Counted from the first letter of the stretch, positions 48,201 through 60,176 are shown. The stretch is DNA of 64,000 bases from Macrostomum lignano (GCA_002269645.1 NIVC01002478.1:1-64000); one strand, 5' to 3'. Notes: generated by a model not told the origin, from the sequence alone. Numbers and translations: made by a program.

Positions 48201-51200
48201 TGGATGAACTACTCATTAGTAGCAATAAATGAAAGACTGAATTATTTTCTTTAGAAAAATGCCAGAAATTTGAAAATCCATGTTTATACAAAATAGCAAA
48301 CATCATTTTCAACAGCCATTTGTGTTTTCAATAGAGAAATAGAATTTGCAAAGAACTCACGGCCTAAACCTCTTTTAAGACTTGACAAAAACGGACTAGC
48401 AGACTTAAAACGGCAAATATTAAATTACATATTGCATAGCAACACACTCATTCAATCTTTTTTCATCTTCATCAAACGTGCGCTCTTTCAGTCCCGTTGC
48501 GGGAGCCTTTATTTCAAGGTCTCCAATTATTAGTTATATTGAACGCATAAAGCTCAATTGATAAACAATGAGACTCAATCTCACTTGCCATCAGACAGGC
48601 TAGCACTTCAGACCAATAATGGCCATATCGAATCAATAATTACATGCTGCCAGTGGCATGTACACGCTTGCTTTTCAGCAGCATTTTCAGTGGCATTTCA
48701 TCAAATTGCTTTTTTTTCAATCTGGCCTTTCTTCTTTTTCATTTATGCCACTTGTTATTAAACAACACATTATTTACATTGCCTGTGTTGTGTGATTAAG
48801 CAATGCATTGCTTGGCCAGAATTTCAAATGCACACATTATTTGTGCGGGACAGAGCACTTTTAACAGCATCAAGTCGATCTTTATCGACTGAAACACAAA
48901 ATAACATATTAAGCAGCCAAGCAATAATATTCGATAAGTCGCTTGAGCCGCTGTCAAGTGTCTAGGCCGTGTATTATTATTTTTTAATGATTTATCAGTT
49001 ACTAGCTACTAGTAGAATAGCCGTTCAGAATGAAAGTTTGCTAAAAAATATACATTTGCTTTTCGATACATATCGCCTAAATATGCTTTTCAATACATTT
49101 CGCTTAAATATATATTTTTTCGATACATATCGCTTAGATATATTTTTTCGATACATATCGTCTAAATATATTTTTCGATACATATCGCCTAAATATACTT
49201 TGAATTACTATCTAGAGGCATTTCAAAATGCAGGTAGATGCGCATATGATTTAAATTAAGCAAATAAATAGAAATGCATAGGCAGACCAGTTTCTCCAGT
49301 TTAGAGCACATGCCCTTCAAAGCGGTGCAGGTGTCCGAGAATCGCACGCTAACTGGGTTATTCTCTAGCCGGATTGAGCGCAACTCTTGGCAAGCCCGAA
49401 GTGAGCTCAGATCTTCCACTGTGCGCAAACGATTAGCGCGCAAGTCTACGGTGGTTAGAAAGGGTGCCAGGCGCTCCAGTAGAGGCGCGAATGGAGTGAG
49501 ACTGTCCAGCTGATTCTCGGACAGGTTGAGCACAGCCAGCTCAAGATTGTGTATCTGGCTAAGCAGTTCCAGCACGGCGGTGACAACGTTCGGCTTGTTG
49601 AGCGGCAGGTACAGGCCGGAGCCTGCCAGCTCCGTGTCCGATTTCAGCGAGCTGAGGTCCAGCGCTTTGGTCACCTGAGAATTGAGTTTCATTTCATACT
49701 TAATCGGTAATAGTGTTTACGGTTATTTAATCTGAGCAGGGAGTAGTGTGTGGTAGACTAAGTTGAGTATCTGACAGATTCTGGTAGTCTAAGTTGTGTA
49801 TATCATGTAGTGTCTGGTAGTTTTATCTACTCGAAAGTTGATTATTGGGTAGAGTGGCTGGTAGCCAAGTAGATTATTGGGTAGAGTGGCTGGTAGCCAA
49901 GTAGATTTTTTGGGTAGAGTGGCTGGTAGCCAAGTAGATTATTGGGTAGAGTGGCTGGTAGCCAAGTAGATTTTTTGGGTAGAGTGGCTGGTAGCCAAGT
50001 AGATTATTGGGTAGAGTGGCTGGTAGCCAAGTAGATTATTGGGTAGAGTGGCTGGTAGCCAAGTAGATTATTGGGTAGAGTGGCTGGTAGCCAAGTAGAT
50101 TATTGGGTAGAGTGGCTGGTAGCCAAGTAGATTATTGGGTAGAGTGGCTGGTAGCCAAGTAGATTATTGGGTAGAGTGGCTGGTAGCCAAGTAGATTATT
50201 GGGTAGAGTGGCTGGTAGCCAAGTAGATTATTGGGTAGAGTGGCTGGTAGCTAAGTAGATTATTGGGTAGGTAGCCAAGTAAATTATTGGGTAGAGTGGC
50301 TGGTAGCCAAGTAGATTATTGGGTAGAGTGGCTGGTAGCCAAGTAGATTATTGGGTAGAGTGGCTGGTAGCCAAGTAGATTATTGGGTAGAGTGGCTGGT
50401 AGCCAAGTAGATTATTGGGTAGAGTGGCTGGTAGCCAAGTAGATTATTGGGTAGAGTGGCTGGTAGCTAAGTAGATTATTGGGTAGGTAGCCAAGTAAAT
50501 TATTGGGTAGAGTGGCTGGTAGCCAAGTAGATTATTGGGTAGAGTGTCTGGTAGCCAAGTAGATTATTGGGTAGAGTGGCTGGTAGCCAAGTAGATTATT
50601 GGGTAGGTAGCCAAGTAAATTATTGGGTGGAGTGGCTGGTAGCCAAGTAGATTATTGGGTAGAGTGGCTGGTAGCCAAGTAGATTATTGGGTAGAGTGGC
50701 TGGTAGCCAAGTAGATTATTGGGTAGAGTGGCTGTTAGCCAAGTAGATTATTGGGTAGAGTGGCTGGTAGCCAAGTAGATTATTGGGTAGAGTGGCTGGT
50801 AGCTAAGTAGATTATTGGGTAGGTAGCCAAGTAGATTATTGGGTAGAGTGGCTGGTAGCCAAGTAGATTATTGGGTAGAGTGTCTGGTAGCCAAGTAGAT
50901 TATTGGGTAGAGTGGCTGGTAGCCAAGTAGATTATTGGGTAGAGTGGCTGGTAGCCAAGTAGATTATTGGGTAGAGTGGCTGGTAGCCAAGTAGATTATT
51001 GGGTAGAGTGGCTGGTAGCCAAGTAGATTATTGGGTAGAGTGGCTGGTAGCCAAGTAGATTATTGGGTAGAGTGGCTGGTAGCCAAGTAGATTATTGGGT
51101 AGAGTGGCTGGTAGCCAAGTAGATTATTGGGTAGAGTGGCTGGTAGCTAAGTAGATTATTGGGTAGGTAGCCAAGTAAATTATTGGGTAGAGTGGCTGGT

Positions 51201-52961
51201 AGCCAAGTAGATTATTGGGTAGAGTGGCTGGTAGCCAAGTAGATTATTGGGTAGAGTGGCTGGTAGCCAAGTAGATTATTGGGTAGAGTGGCTGGTAGCC
51301 AAGTAGATTATTGGGTAGAGTGGCTGGTAGCCAAGTAGATGGTCACCTGTAAGTAGCGCCGACTAAGCGACTGCCGCAGCGCCTGTTTGGCCTCGTCGTC
51401 CAGCACGGGTACAACGGGCTCGCGCACCTCAGTGACATTGATCATGAGCTTCTGCCCATCTGGACAGGCGATCTTGCTAGCCACTTTGCTGTACTCCAAA
51501 GCGGTAGATTTCTTTTCCTTAACGTAAAAAAAGCAATTGCGCTGCTCCGTGCGCCACATAAACGGAATGAAACTGCGACTGAGGTGCGCCTGCAGCGACT
51601 CCAATAGCCAGGCTCGATCGTATTTCACTCCGAATACCACCGTGACCTGGGGGTTAAGAGAAAAGTTTATGGATATTTTTTAGCATTTATAGCAGTGAGT
51701 TAGGCAGTGATTATCAGTTTAGATCAATATTATCTATCAGTTTTCTAGACAGACTATTCATGGGGGCACAGATACTAAAATAACTAGATGGCCACTCAGG
51801 CATATTTACTTAGTAAAAAAGCTTTATACTTTCAGTTCAGTAGCAATGAAGAATGCATAAGCTATTTTATGTGAATAAAGGCAGCTGAAATGACTTTGAT
51901 AAGCTTAGAAGCCCAAGCTTGCAGACTTAAACAGCTTACTAATCGGTTGAGCCAAAATGTACATTAGCCACTGAAATGTACAAGACAAGGCTGGAACAAC
52001 CGAGGAAGGTAATAAAAATTGGGTGGCGGGGCAGGGGTAGAGAGGTTCGGTATGGAGTTTGAGGGTTTAAGCTTGGGGGGGGGTAAAAGCCAATAAAAAT
52101 AAACCTTTTAATGTAAAAAATAAAATATACATTAAAATGCTTCAGTTAACCTTATTACTGAACTGAAAGTAGCTTACATGCAAATGTGCTGAGTGGCCTA
52201 TCTAGTTATTTTAGTATTTGTGATGGATGGGGTGGATTTTATTAATAAGCTACTGTAGAGCAGGGGTCGGCAAACTTTTTTTACCGCAAGGGTACACGAG
52301 GGAGAGAGGAGAGGGAATAGAGAAGAGAGACAGAAGAAAGAAGGTAAGGAATAAAGGAGACGAGAGGAGGATAGGGAGAAGGGAGCTGAGAAGACACAAA
52401 CCCTGAGCGGGCCGGATTGCTATTGTGAAGTTTCAAAGTACCCGAGGGCCGGATGAGAGAGGCTTTGCGGTTCGCATGTGGTTTGCGGGCCTGAGTTTGC
52501 CAACCCATTGTCGCTACAGTGATGAGATGAGCACGCGCACCCAGGGTCTCACCGTCAGGCATGTACACACTCTGCATCATGGGGATTAGCTCTTTTCTCA
52601 TGCAAGGGTTTAGCTGGTGGGTCAAATAGACAAACCTTGAACCATCTCTCCTCGTCTGCATTAGGCCTGATATTATCGGCGATGAGGTTGACGCGGCCGG
52701 GACTAATATTGGCAAAGTTGGCGCCGCCGCGGCGCGGGTGGCCCCGCTTTTCGATGCCGCCACGGCCGCGAAAGCCGCTGAAACCGTCGCCGCCGCCGCC
52801 TCGAGAACCGCGATAGATTCCGCCACCGCCTTGAGCACCGCGGTAGGTTCCGCCACCGCCACCGCCGCGATTGTAGTTGTCAACACCACCACCGACGCCG
52901 CCGCGGCCTGGACTGATGCGAACAACGCGGATGCCTTCGCCGCTGCCACCCTCTTCGGCAC
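45271..52961 (-). CDS. NXF1: Nuclear RNA export factor 1 (TAP), 5'-incomplete. Exons 52636..52961, 51347..51646, 49288..49674, 47995..~48199 (5' boundary uncertain), 46618..47095, 45271..45519
   Basis: RGG-rich N-terminus, then WFK|VTVVFGVKYDRAWLL (pseudo-RRM), LRRs (LNLSENQL, VDLRANRL, IRLENNPV), NTF2-like domain (YYSILDSGERSRL, RTFSRTLVLVP) and a TAP-C/UBA end (SGMNAEFSRQCLNEFGWDF...IPPEAF). Confidence 0.92.
45733..46220. repeat. 26-bp minisatellite in the last NXF1 intron, decaying towards 46600
   Basis: gtagataagctatggg[t/g]aatttccat. Confidence 0.95.
47275..47900. repeat. 39-bp minisatellite in an NXF1 intron
   Basis: atatctgaacaatatacatgtctatagacactgtcatag. Confidence 0.95.
49845..51340. 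repeat. 32-bp minisatellite, ~46 copies, filling an NXF1 intron
   Basis: gggtagagtggctggtagccaagtagattatt. Confidence 0.97.
52261..52510 (+). mobile_element. GA-rich hAT-like MITE in an NXF1 intron
   Basis: TIR caggggtcggcaaac and degenerate gtttgccaaccca; no TSD recognised. Confidence 0.75.
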
Positions 52962-53125
52962 CTAATAAATCAAGTTTGTAGTAGTAGTGCTAGTCAAAGC
53001 TATGCTTAACAGGTCAAATATTTGATAAAGCCAGGTTTCTATTTTTTAGTTGTAGACAACACTAATTTACACAAATCGGTTTTTATACCTTTGTGTCGCT
53101 GAGAACATTGCACAATACTGTATAC

Positions 53126-53340
53126 GGGGGTTGTAGCCTACTGGTTAGAGCATTAGACTTACAACTAAACGGTTGGGGTTCGATTCTCGACCCACTCAGA
53201 ACAATTTGTTCCTGAGCAAGACACTTAACTCTGTATTCTTTCTTTAGCTGGGATAATCAAAGATCTATAGCAACCAATAGTCCTTGGACTAAGCAGCCAT
53301 AAACAGCCTTCAGATGTGCCCTGCAATAGTTGTAGCTTAG
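53126..53340 (+). mobile_element. tRNA-derived SINE with CORE-like block
   Basis: A box tagcctactgg, B box ggttcgattct, then cctgagcaagacacttaac, resembling the conserved CORE-SINE motif. Confidence 0.75.
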
Positions 53341-56183
53341 CTGCCAGTTGCACATCTGGCCATTAGGGCAGGTGTAATAAAGACAGTATATACCATTGCA
53401 TATCGCATAATATATACAGAATGCTCAATCACATCTTTTTCATGAAGCCAAATTAAAATTCGTGCACACTACTGTTGTTGTGAAGTCTCTGGCCAGTAGT
53501 ATTAACTAGCAAAGAATAATTTAGCAAAAAGTATCAAAAGCAGATACAGATCATATTACAAGGATCAAATGTAAAGCCCAGTCAATTTATTTAGGAAGTC
53601 AAAACTTCCTAAACTAAACTTTATTTAGGAAGGCACCAGTGATGCAGACGAATTCTGGAAAACAACTTGGCCACTGCCCTTGTGCAGCGTTCACTGTATT
53701 TCAAGCTATGCATGTGAATATTAGCAAGAACAATGGGAAAGAACTTTTCTTGCAGCCATTGACCCACACCCTTCAGAACAAATACATCTTTGTCTGTTGT
53801 CATAAAGGTGCACTCTATCTGATAGACTGCAGATGTGATTGACTGCCTTTTTGGGTATACAATGACCAGGTTTCTAGTTCCGTCCTATTTTTGAGTTGCA
53901 GAAAAGTGCATCGCTTCCAAACCATTGACTTTCAATGCCTGTTGGCATTCTTTGCACTTGCACTCAGATTTGAAGAGCTTGAAAGCAGCCAGCCAGCCCC
54001 AATGTAGATGCACTTTTTAGTTAATGCAGTAAAGTTTACTGAAATTAGATCATTGCCCTGCAACCTAGGACTCTGCACATTTGCACTTGTAGCTACCTAG
54101 GCCTGAAATTTGCCCAGCAAAGTGCTGCCATCTTTCTTGCAATTGCTGTTGGTCTAATAATGCTAATGCTAAACAATAGCAAGCTTATTTGACTAGCAGT
54201 GAGGCAAGACTACTAGCTAAATAATTATAAGATTATTTTATTAACACCTACCAATGAGGTAGGATTACTAGCTAAATAGGCATTGCTGCCTTTGTTGAAA
54301 AAAATATGTTTTTTGGAATTTACAGGGGTATAGAAGGATTGCTGATTTTTTGGTATACATTAAAAACAAACAATTTTATACATTTAGTAGCATAAAAGTA
54401 AACAGTCTAACAACTAAAGCTATATTCTATAGTCTAATATAGTAGTTTATTATAGATTTTAAATGTTTTAAAAAACTTCTAGGGATTGACTGTGATCATG
54501 GTCACAATCCCGAAAACTATGATCACAAGGAAAAAATCATGCATAGTCTTTTGCCAATCACAATTCATGAATTTTGTGAATTAAACATTACTTTTTTTCT
54601 AGTCATTTCTCCACTTGAAAAGCTGATTTTAGCATGTTTGAGAAAAGTCAGGAAAATGAAATCAAAAGCAAACATTTGCATTTTATCTTTGATAAAATTG
54701 CAATTAATTAATCAGTCTTCACACAACATGTTTTGCTGAACAATTGGCATATTTAGGCAAGGCAATAATATAGATTCAAAGAGATAGTATAATTTTTTTA
54801 AAAACTAGTAAGCCAAAATGATTGTAAGTATGGATAACAGAGTTGGATGGCCCAAAATAAGAGGCAAAAAGGAGAAAATAAGGAGATTTTGGAACTAATT
54901 ATAGACACTAGTAATTATCTTCCCTATTGGAATAAAAGTTGAAAACCCACGGACGTGCACTTTAGAGTAGAGTCAAATTATTTTACCATGCTTTAGCATT
55001 ATTAGAGATGTTCCATTGTAATTGACGAAATTGTCCATTTCAATCTGTTGAAATTGAAATTTGACAACTTTCCAAAATTGAAATTGAACTTGAAATTTCC
55101 CATTGAACTTGAAAGTTTAATATGACTAGGCCTAACACTTACTTTTTTACATTTTGATTTACTGCTTATGCAAAACAAAATACATGTATATGTAGCAGAA
55201 ATTACTCGCTGTTTATTTTTAGCCACTTAGACACTTTTGAAATGTTGACTTCCAATTTTTTTCAAAATTGAAATTTGCTCTTAAAAATTTTGAATTTTAG
55301 AAAATTGAAATTGAAATTTCGGAACATTGCTAGGTATTATAAATGACAAGTGTATAGGCTCCTTCTCCAGAGGTATTAGGCCCCCTTCTATGTATATTTA
55401 TTTGCTTGAGCAGCAGCCAGTGGGGAAGGGCACTGCGCGAGCAGGCCCTGCGCGCTTGTGTGCGCACTGCGCTTTAGAAAAATTTCAAAAGTGCGCCGGA
55501 CACCGTCCACAGTTTTACAACTTTTTCCTGTAGGGATTATCTTGGAAAACTTTCCTGTGCTAGGCCCAAAAATTTGCATGCCTTGCATGCCAAAAGTAGG
55601 TATGTACAATTGGCGTACATCACTCCTAAGAAAATAATATATGTGCATACCTGGTGTGCACTTTATAGATTCATGCGGAAAAGTTATTGTGAAAAAAAGA
55701 TGAAAAAAAATCATTTTTAGGTATAAAATTATTAATTGCTAGCTTTCTGTGTTTTTAAAGCTTATAATAAAGCATTCATACTAATCTTTGTGTGTATCAA
55801 TTTTCCACCATACATGCCCAACACCCATCTGACCTGTCCAAACTGATGGGTGAAATGGCCTTAGCTTAAGTCAGTTGCAAAATCGAAAACATAAAAAACA
55901 AAAACTTTTGGAAGAAAGAAAGGAAGGGAAGAGAAGGAAAAGAAAGGAAGGAAAAGGGAAAGAGGAGAGAAATAGAAAGAGAAGAAAAGAGAAAAAGGCA
56001 AGGAAAGTCATATACTAAGCGAAAATTAAGTTACAATCAGAGGAACTAAGTTGCAATTAGGAGGAACTAAGTTGCAATCAAGAAGAACTAAGTTGCAATC
56101 AGGAGGAACTAAGTTGCAATTAAGAGGAGCTAAGTTGCAATTAGGAGGAACTAAGTTGCAATTAGGAGGAACTAAGTTACAAT

Positions 56184-57346
56184 TAGTGATGGACCGAATG
56201 TGGATTTTTGCAAGTTTCCGAAACCGAATCCGAATGTACAAAAAAAATCCGAATCCGAATCCGAATGTTTCCGAATGTAAGCAAAAAGTGTAAGGTAAAC
56301 GGCGGGAGTAACTATGACTCTTTTAATTTACGAAAATGTCTTGTCATCTAATTAGTGCGCACATAAATTGACTGACAAGATTCCATCTCTCCTGGGATTA
56401 TATTTGTACTCGTACTTTTATCTTAGGGGTCAGATATGATCACAATCGTGAATTCAAGACCATTTTTTCACGATAGTGATTTTGTTGAAACCTGTTCCAT
56501 CAGTTGTGAATTTCTGCTTACGTTTTTATTAGAAATATAACTTTTCTACTTGATTTACCAAAAAACGTTGAACACAATGTGTAAAGAATTAACAAATTTT
56601 AAATTTGTTGACTTGATAGCATTACGGCCAAGTAGCTATTATCAATATACGAGTATGATTTCTTTTCTTGTTTGTTATTTTCAACACTTGTAACTTACGA
56701 GCTCAATATACATGTATGCTAATATAAATTCACAATCATGATCACGCCTGCCTTTGAAAAATTCACGCATGACCAAAATCTTCTACTTGTCTGACCTCTA
56801 CTGATATCTATTGCGAAACCAAATTTAAAGAGACGGACTTAGATAGGAAATTCAGTTCTACTTCTACCGTGTTACATGAACATCTAATTCTAGTACTACT
56901 GACTATAGCTAATGAGTGACATATATATACAGTGCAATTATGATAATTTTACTGTACGTACGTACAGTCCATGTGACCCGTGCAGTTGCAATTTTGCATT
57001 TTGAAAAAACCTGTTATTACACTTAAACAATAATTACCAAAATATTTCCGTAACTTTAGGTTTATCGTCTTACGGGTCCCTAGGTTTAGTAAATTTACTT
57101 ATTTAAATTTTTTTAAACATATATTGCTGCAAAAATAGACAATCGTAGAAAAAAAGAATAACGTGATAGATTTTGCTCTTTGCCTTTTAATTTTCTTTCT
57201 TTTTAGTTTTTAGTTTCTTTATTTAACGGGTTGCATGCTTTGGTTTCTTGATTTGTAATATTTATTTTAGATTTGAATTTTAGAAGCACATTCGGAAATA
57301 TTAGGAAAAAAAAATTTCCGAATCCGAATATTCGGATCCATCACTA
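56184..57346. mobile_element. Non-autonomous hAT element with 8-bp TSD gttacaat
   Basis: TIRs tagtgatggaccgaat / attcggatccatcacta; ccgaat subterminal repeats; TSD at 56176-56183 and 57347-57354. Confidence 0.9.
56293..56392 (+). pseudogene. Decayed ~100-bp 28S rRNA fragment
   Basis: ggtaaacggcgggagtaactatgactct and gtcatctaattagtg match the universally conserved LSU segment around the R2/I-PpoI site; the rest is diverged. Confidence 0.85.
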
Positions 57347-59429
57347 GTTACAATTGGGAGGAACTAAGTTGCAATTAGGAGGAACTAAGTTGCAATTGGG
57401 AGGAACTAAGTTGCAATTGAGAGATTTTTTGCCTATCATCTAGGCATTGGAGTAGTGTATCTAGGCATTGTAAATATGGCAAATTTTTGAAGGCATGATA
57501 CAGGAGGCTCCAATTTGTGTGCAGCACAATGGTGTTAGAAGAAATTGTTTCTTGCCCATGGTTTTAGTATGTTTTCCACTGTAAATAATATCACCAAAAA
57601 ATTATTATTAAAGCAAACCAAATTAAACCAATTAAACCAATTAAACCAAAGTATTCGCAATGCATTCGCAATTGTTATTACAAATAATTATTAAAAAAAG
57701 TTTTCTTTAAAAAATATACATAAAAGATAAGGAGATACTCCCTAAAAATAAGGAGACAAAGTCCAAAATAAAATAAGAAGAAATAAAGAAAATAAGCCTA
57801 AGGAGACTGTCAACACCCTGTAAGATATGCATGTCTACTTCTATGAAAAGGTTTTGATTTGTTCAGAAATTTTTATAATAATAAAAGCAATAAGATAAAT
57901 GATACAGAAAAAAGTTACTTCCATGGCACTAGCCATTAGGCCTACACAACAGTCAACACACAAGGCATACACAATACAACATCATATATACTTACTTCTT
58001 CTATCAAAACGATATCGAGAATTAGGCCTGCCGCGTTGGAATGGCATATCTTGTATAAATTCAGGCCTAGTAGGGAAACTAAAAATCACTTCTTCAAGAA
58101 GTTATTGACTTCGAAAGTAAATTTATATGAACAGCAGAAAATCAATCAGAATGTTAAAACCTCTCCTGAACAAGGTTGTAATATTTCGTACACAATTGCT
58201 TTAACGTTTAAAGCAGTTAATACAAAAAAGTTATTTGTTTTGTTAAAAACAAAATGACGTATTTTTAGCTCTGCATTCACAGTTTTAGTTTTACTTCGGT
58301 TATTTAAAGTAAAAAATTGTTATAACATTAAGTGACTGGTGCTTTTGCGGCTTTTCATATTACCAATTCCAGAATCAGAATCGGTTCAAATCTTCCAAGA
58401 AAAACAGCATTTAACTGCGTTAACAACCTCACTTAGCTGTAGCATAATTTTTCACTTTCTTCTTGGCGATTGTCATTCAATAATAAAAACTTTATAGCAC
58501 GTATCTCCCTCTAGTTATGGAGACAAAATTGACAAACAGGATTAAGGGCCTACTATCAAATTAAAAAGAAAAAAATACTAAAAAAAACTTTCAAAATCTC
58601 ACTCACTGGACTAGGCCTATTACTAGTCTCTAGGCTCTAGCCTGCCTGAGGACCGACCCACCTTTGATAATCCCTATGTTTGGCCTGGCATTTATTGACT
58701 ACTTAGGCCCTAAGCCCTAGGCTCTTTTTCCAATTAATTGTTTTATTTCTAACAGATTTATCATGATTATCATTCAAGAACCGAGACTATCAAGGAGCAT
58801 GTGATAGGCCTCTCATGACTCAAGAGACCTGGGAGTCAATTTAAACTCAAATATGCAATTCTGACTTTTAAAAAGCTGATATTTTTTAAGACATAGGCCT
58901 ACTTGTACGCTATAGGCCTATATGGGGCCTTTTCATATTGCTTGTTCTGGTTCCAGAACCAGAACCAATTTGTGAAGTATAACTTTTTGTTTGTCCTGTT
59001 TGTCTTTTTTAGAGAATTGGTCAAGTAATAAAATAGTTATTATAAGTTTTGCCTATGATCATAATTTACAATAGGCTATGATCTAATTTTGCCTATATAC
59101 TATGGTTTTTATTATAATATTTTTATTTAATCAGTTTTTGTACTTATATATATTTACAAACTGTTTACAAATATATATTATATATATATATATATATTTA
59201 CAAACTGTTGAAACCCGCAGACTTTGAACCCGGAAAATTCCAATCCCCAGAACTAATTTTGCATATATTCTAAAATCTAAGGCTATACACAAACAAATTT
59301 ATAGTTAATAGGATAGAGGTAGACATAAAATGGAGCACATTTGTATAAAATTAGGGTTTGAGGCAAACATTGATATTATTGGCTGGGGCACTCTGCAGAA
59401 TGCCAGGCAATGTCTGTCTGACTCTAAAA

Positions 59430-60176
59430 CATGTATTGGCAAACTCTAGTGGCCTGGCCTCTCCCTAACTCTCCTTATGTCCCTTGGATCCTTTAAAATT
59501 TCTATCATCTCTTCTGTTTCCTTTCTTCTCTCTCGTCCCTCGTATATCCTCTCTCCTCTCTTTTCTCTCCTCTCTCCTCTCTTTTCTCTCCTCTCTCCTC
59601 TTTTCTCTCATATCTTCCGTTATTTCTCTTCTCTTTGATCTCTCTTATCTCATCTCTTCGCTATGTTTTCTCTCTCCTCTCCTCTCTCCTTTCTACTTTT
59701 CATTTTCTCTCTGCTCTCCTCTCTCCTCTCTACTCTTTCATTCTCTCTCTCCTCTACTCTCTCCCATCTTCTTTCATATCTTCCCTTATCTTTCCTCTCT
59801 TTCATATCTCTTATCTCATCTCTTCCCTCTTCTTTTCTCTCTCCTCTCGTCTCTCATCTCTCCTTCTTTTCTCTCATCTCTTCCTTCTCTCTATTCTTTT
59901 CTCTCTTCTCTTAACTCTCTCTTCTACTCTCTCATCTCTCCTCTCTACTCTTTCCCCTCTCTCTCCTCTCTCCCCTCTTCTCTCATCTCTTCCCTTACCT
60001 CTTTCTTCTCTCTCTTTCTTCTCATCTCTTTTCTTGTTTTTTCTCTTTTTTCTCCCCTCGTCACTCATCTTTTCCCTCACCTCTCTTCTCTCTTGTCTGC
60101 TCTTTTATCTCTCCTTTTTCTTCTTTTATCTATTCTATTTTATCTCTTCTCTTTTCTCTCTGCTCTGCCTGCTCTT

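Larger units (their letters stand above)
56030..57420. repeat. 21-bp minisatellite (gttgcaattaggaggaactaa) split by a hAT insertion (56030-56183 and 57347-57420)
   Basis: Same unit on both sides of the insertion. Confidence 0.9.

Noticed and set aside
49845-51340. 32-bp repeats of CRISPR-like length
   Set aside because: Head-to-tail with no unique spacers, inside a spliceosomal intron, and no cas genes. The same applies to all other arrays here.
52281-52961. 226-aa Ala-rich ORF from the track
   Set aside because: Wrong frame; the RGG-rich frame ending WFK|gt joins the next NXF1 exon.
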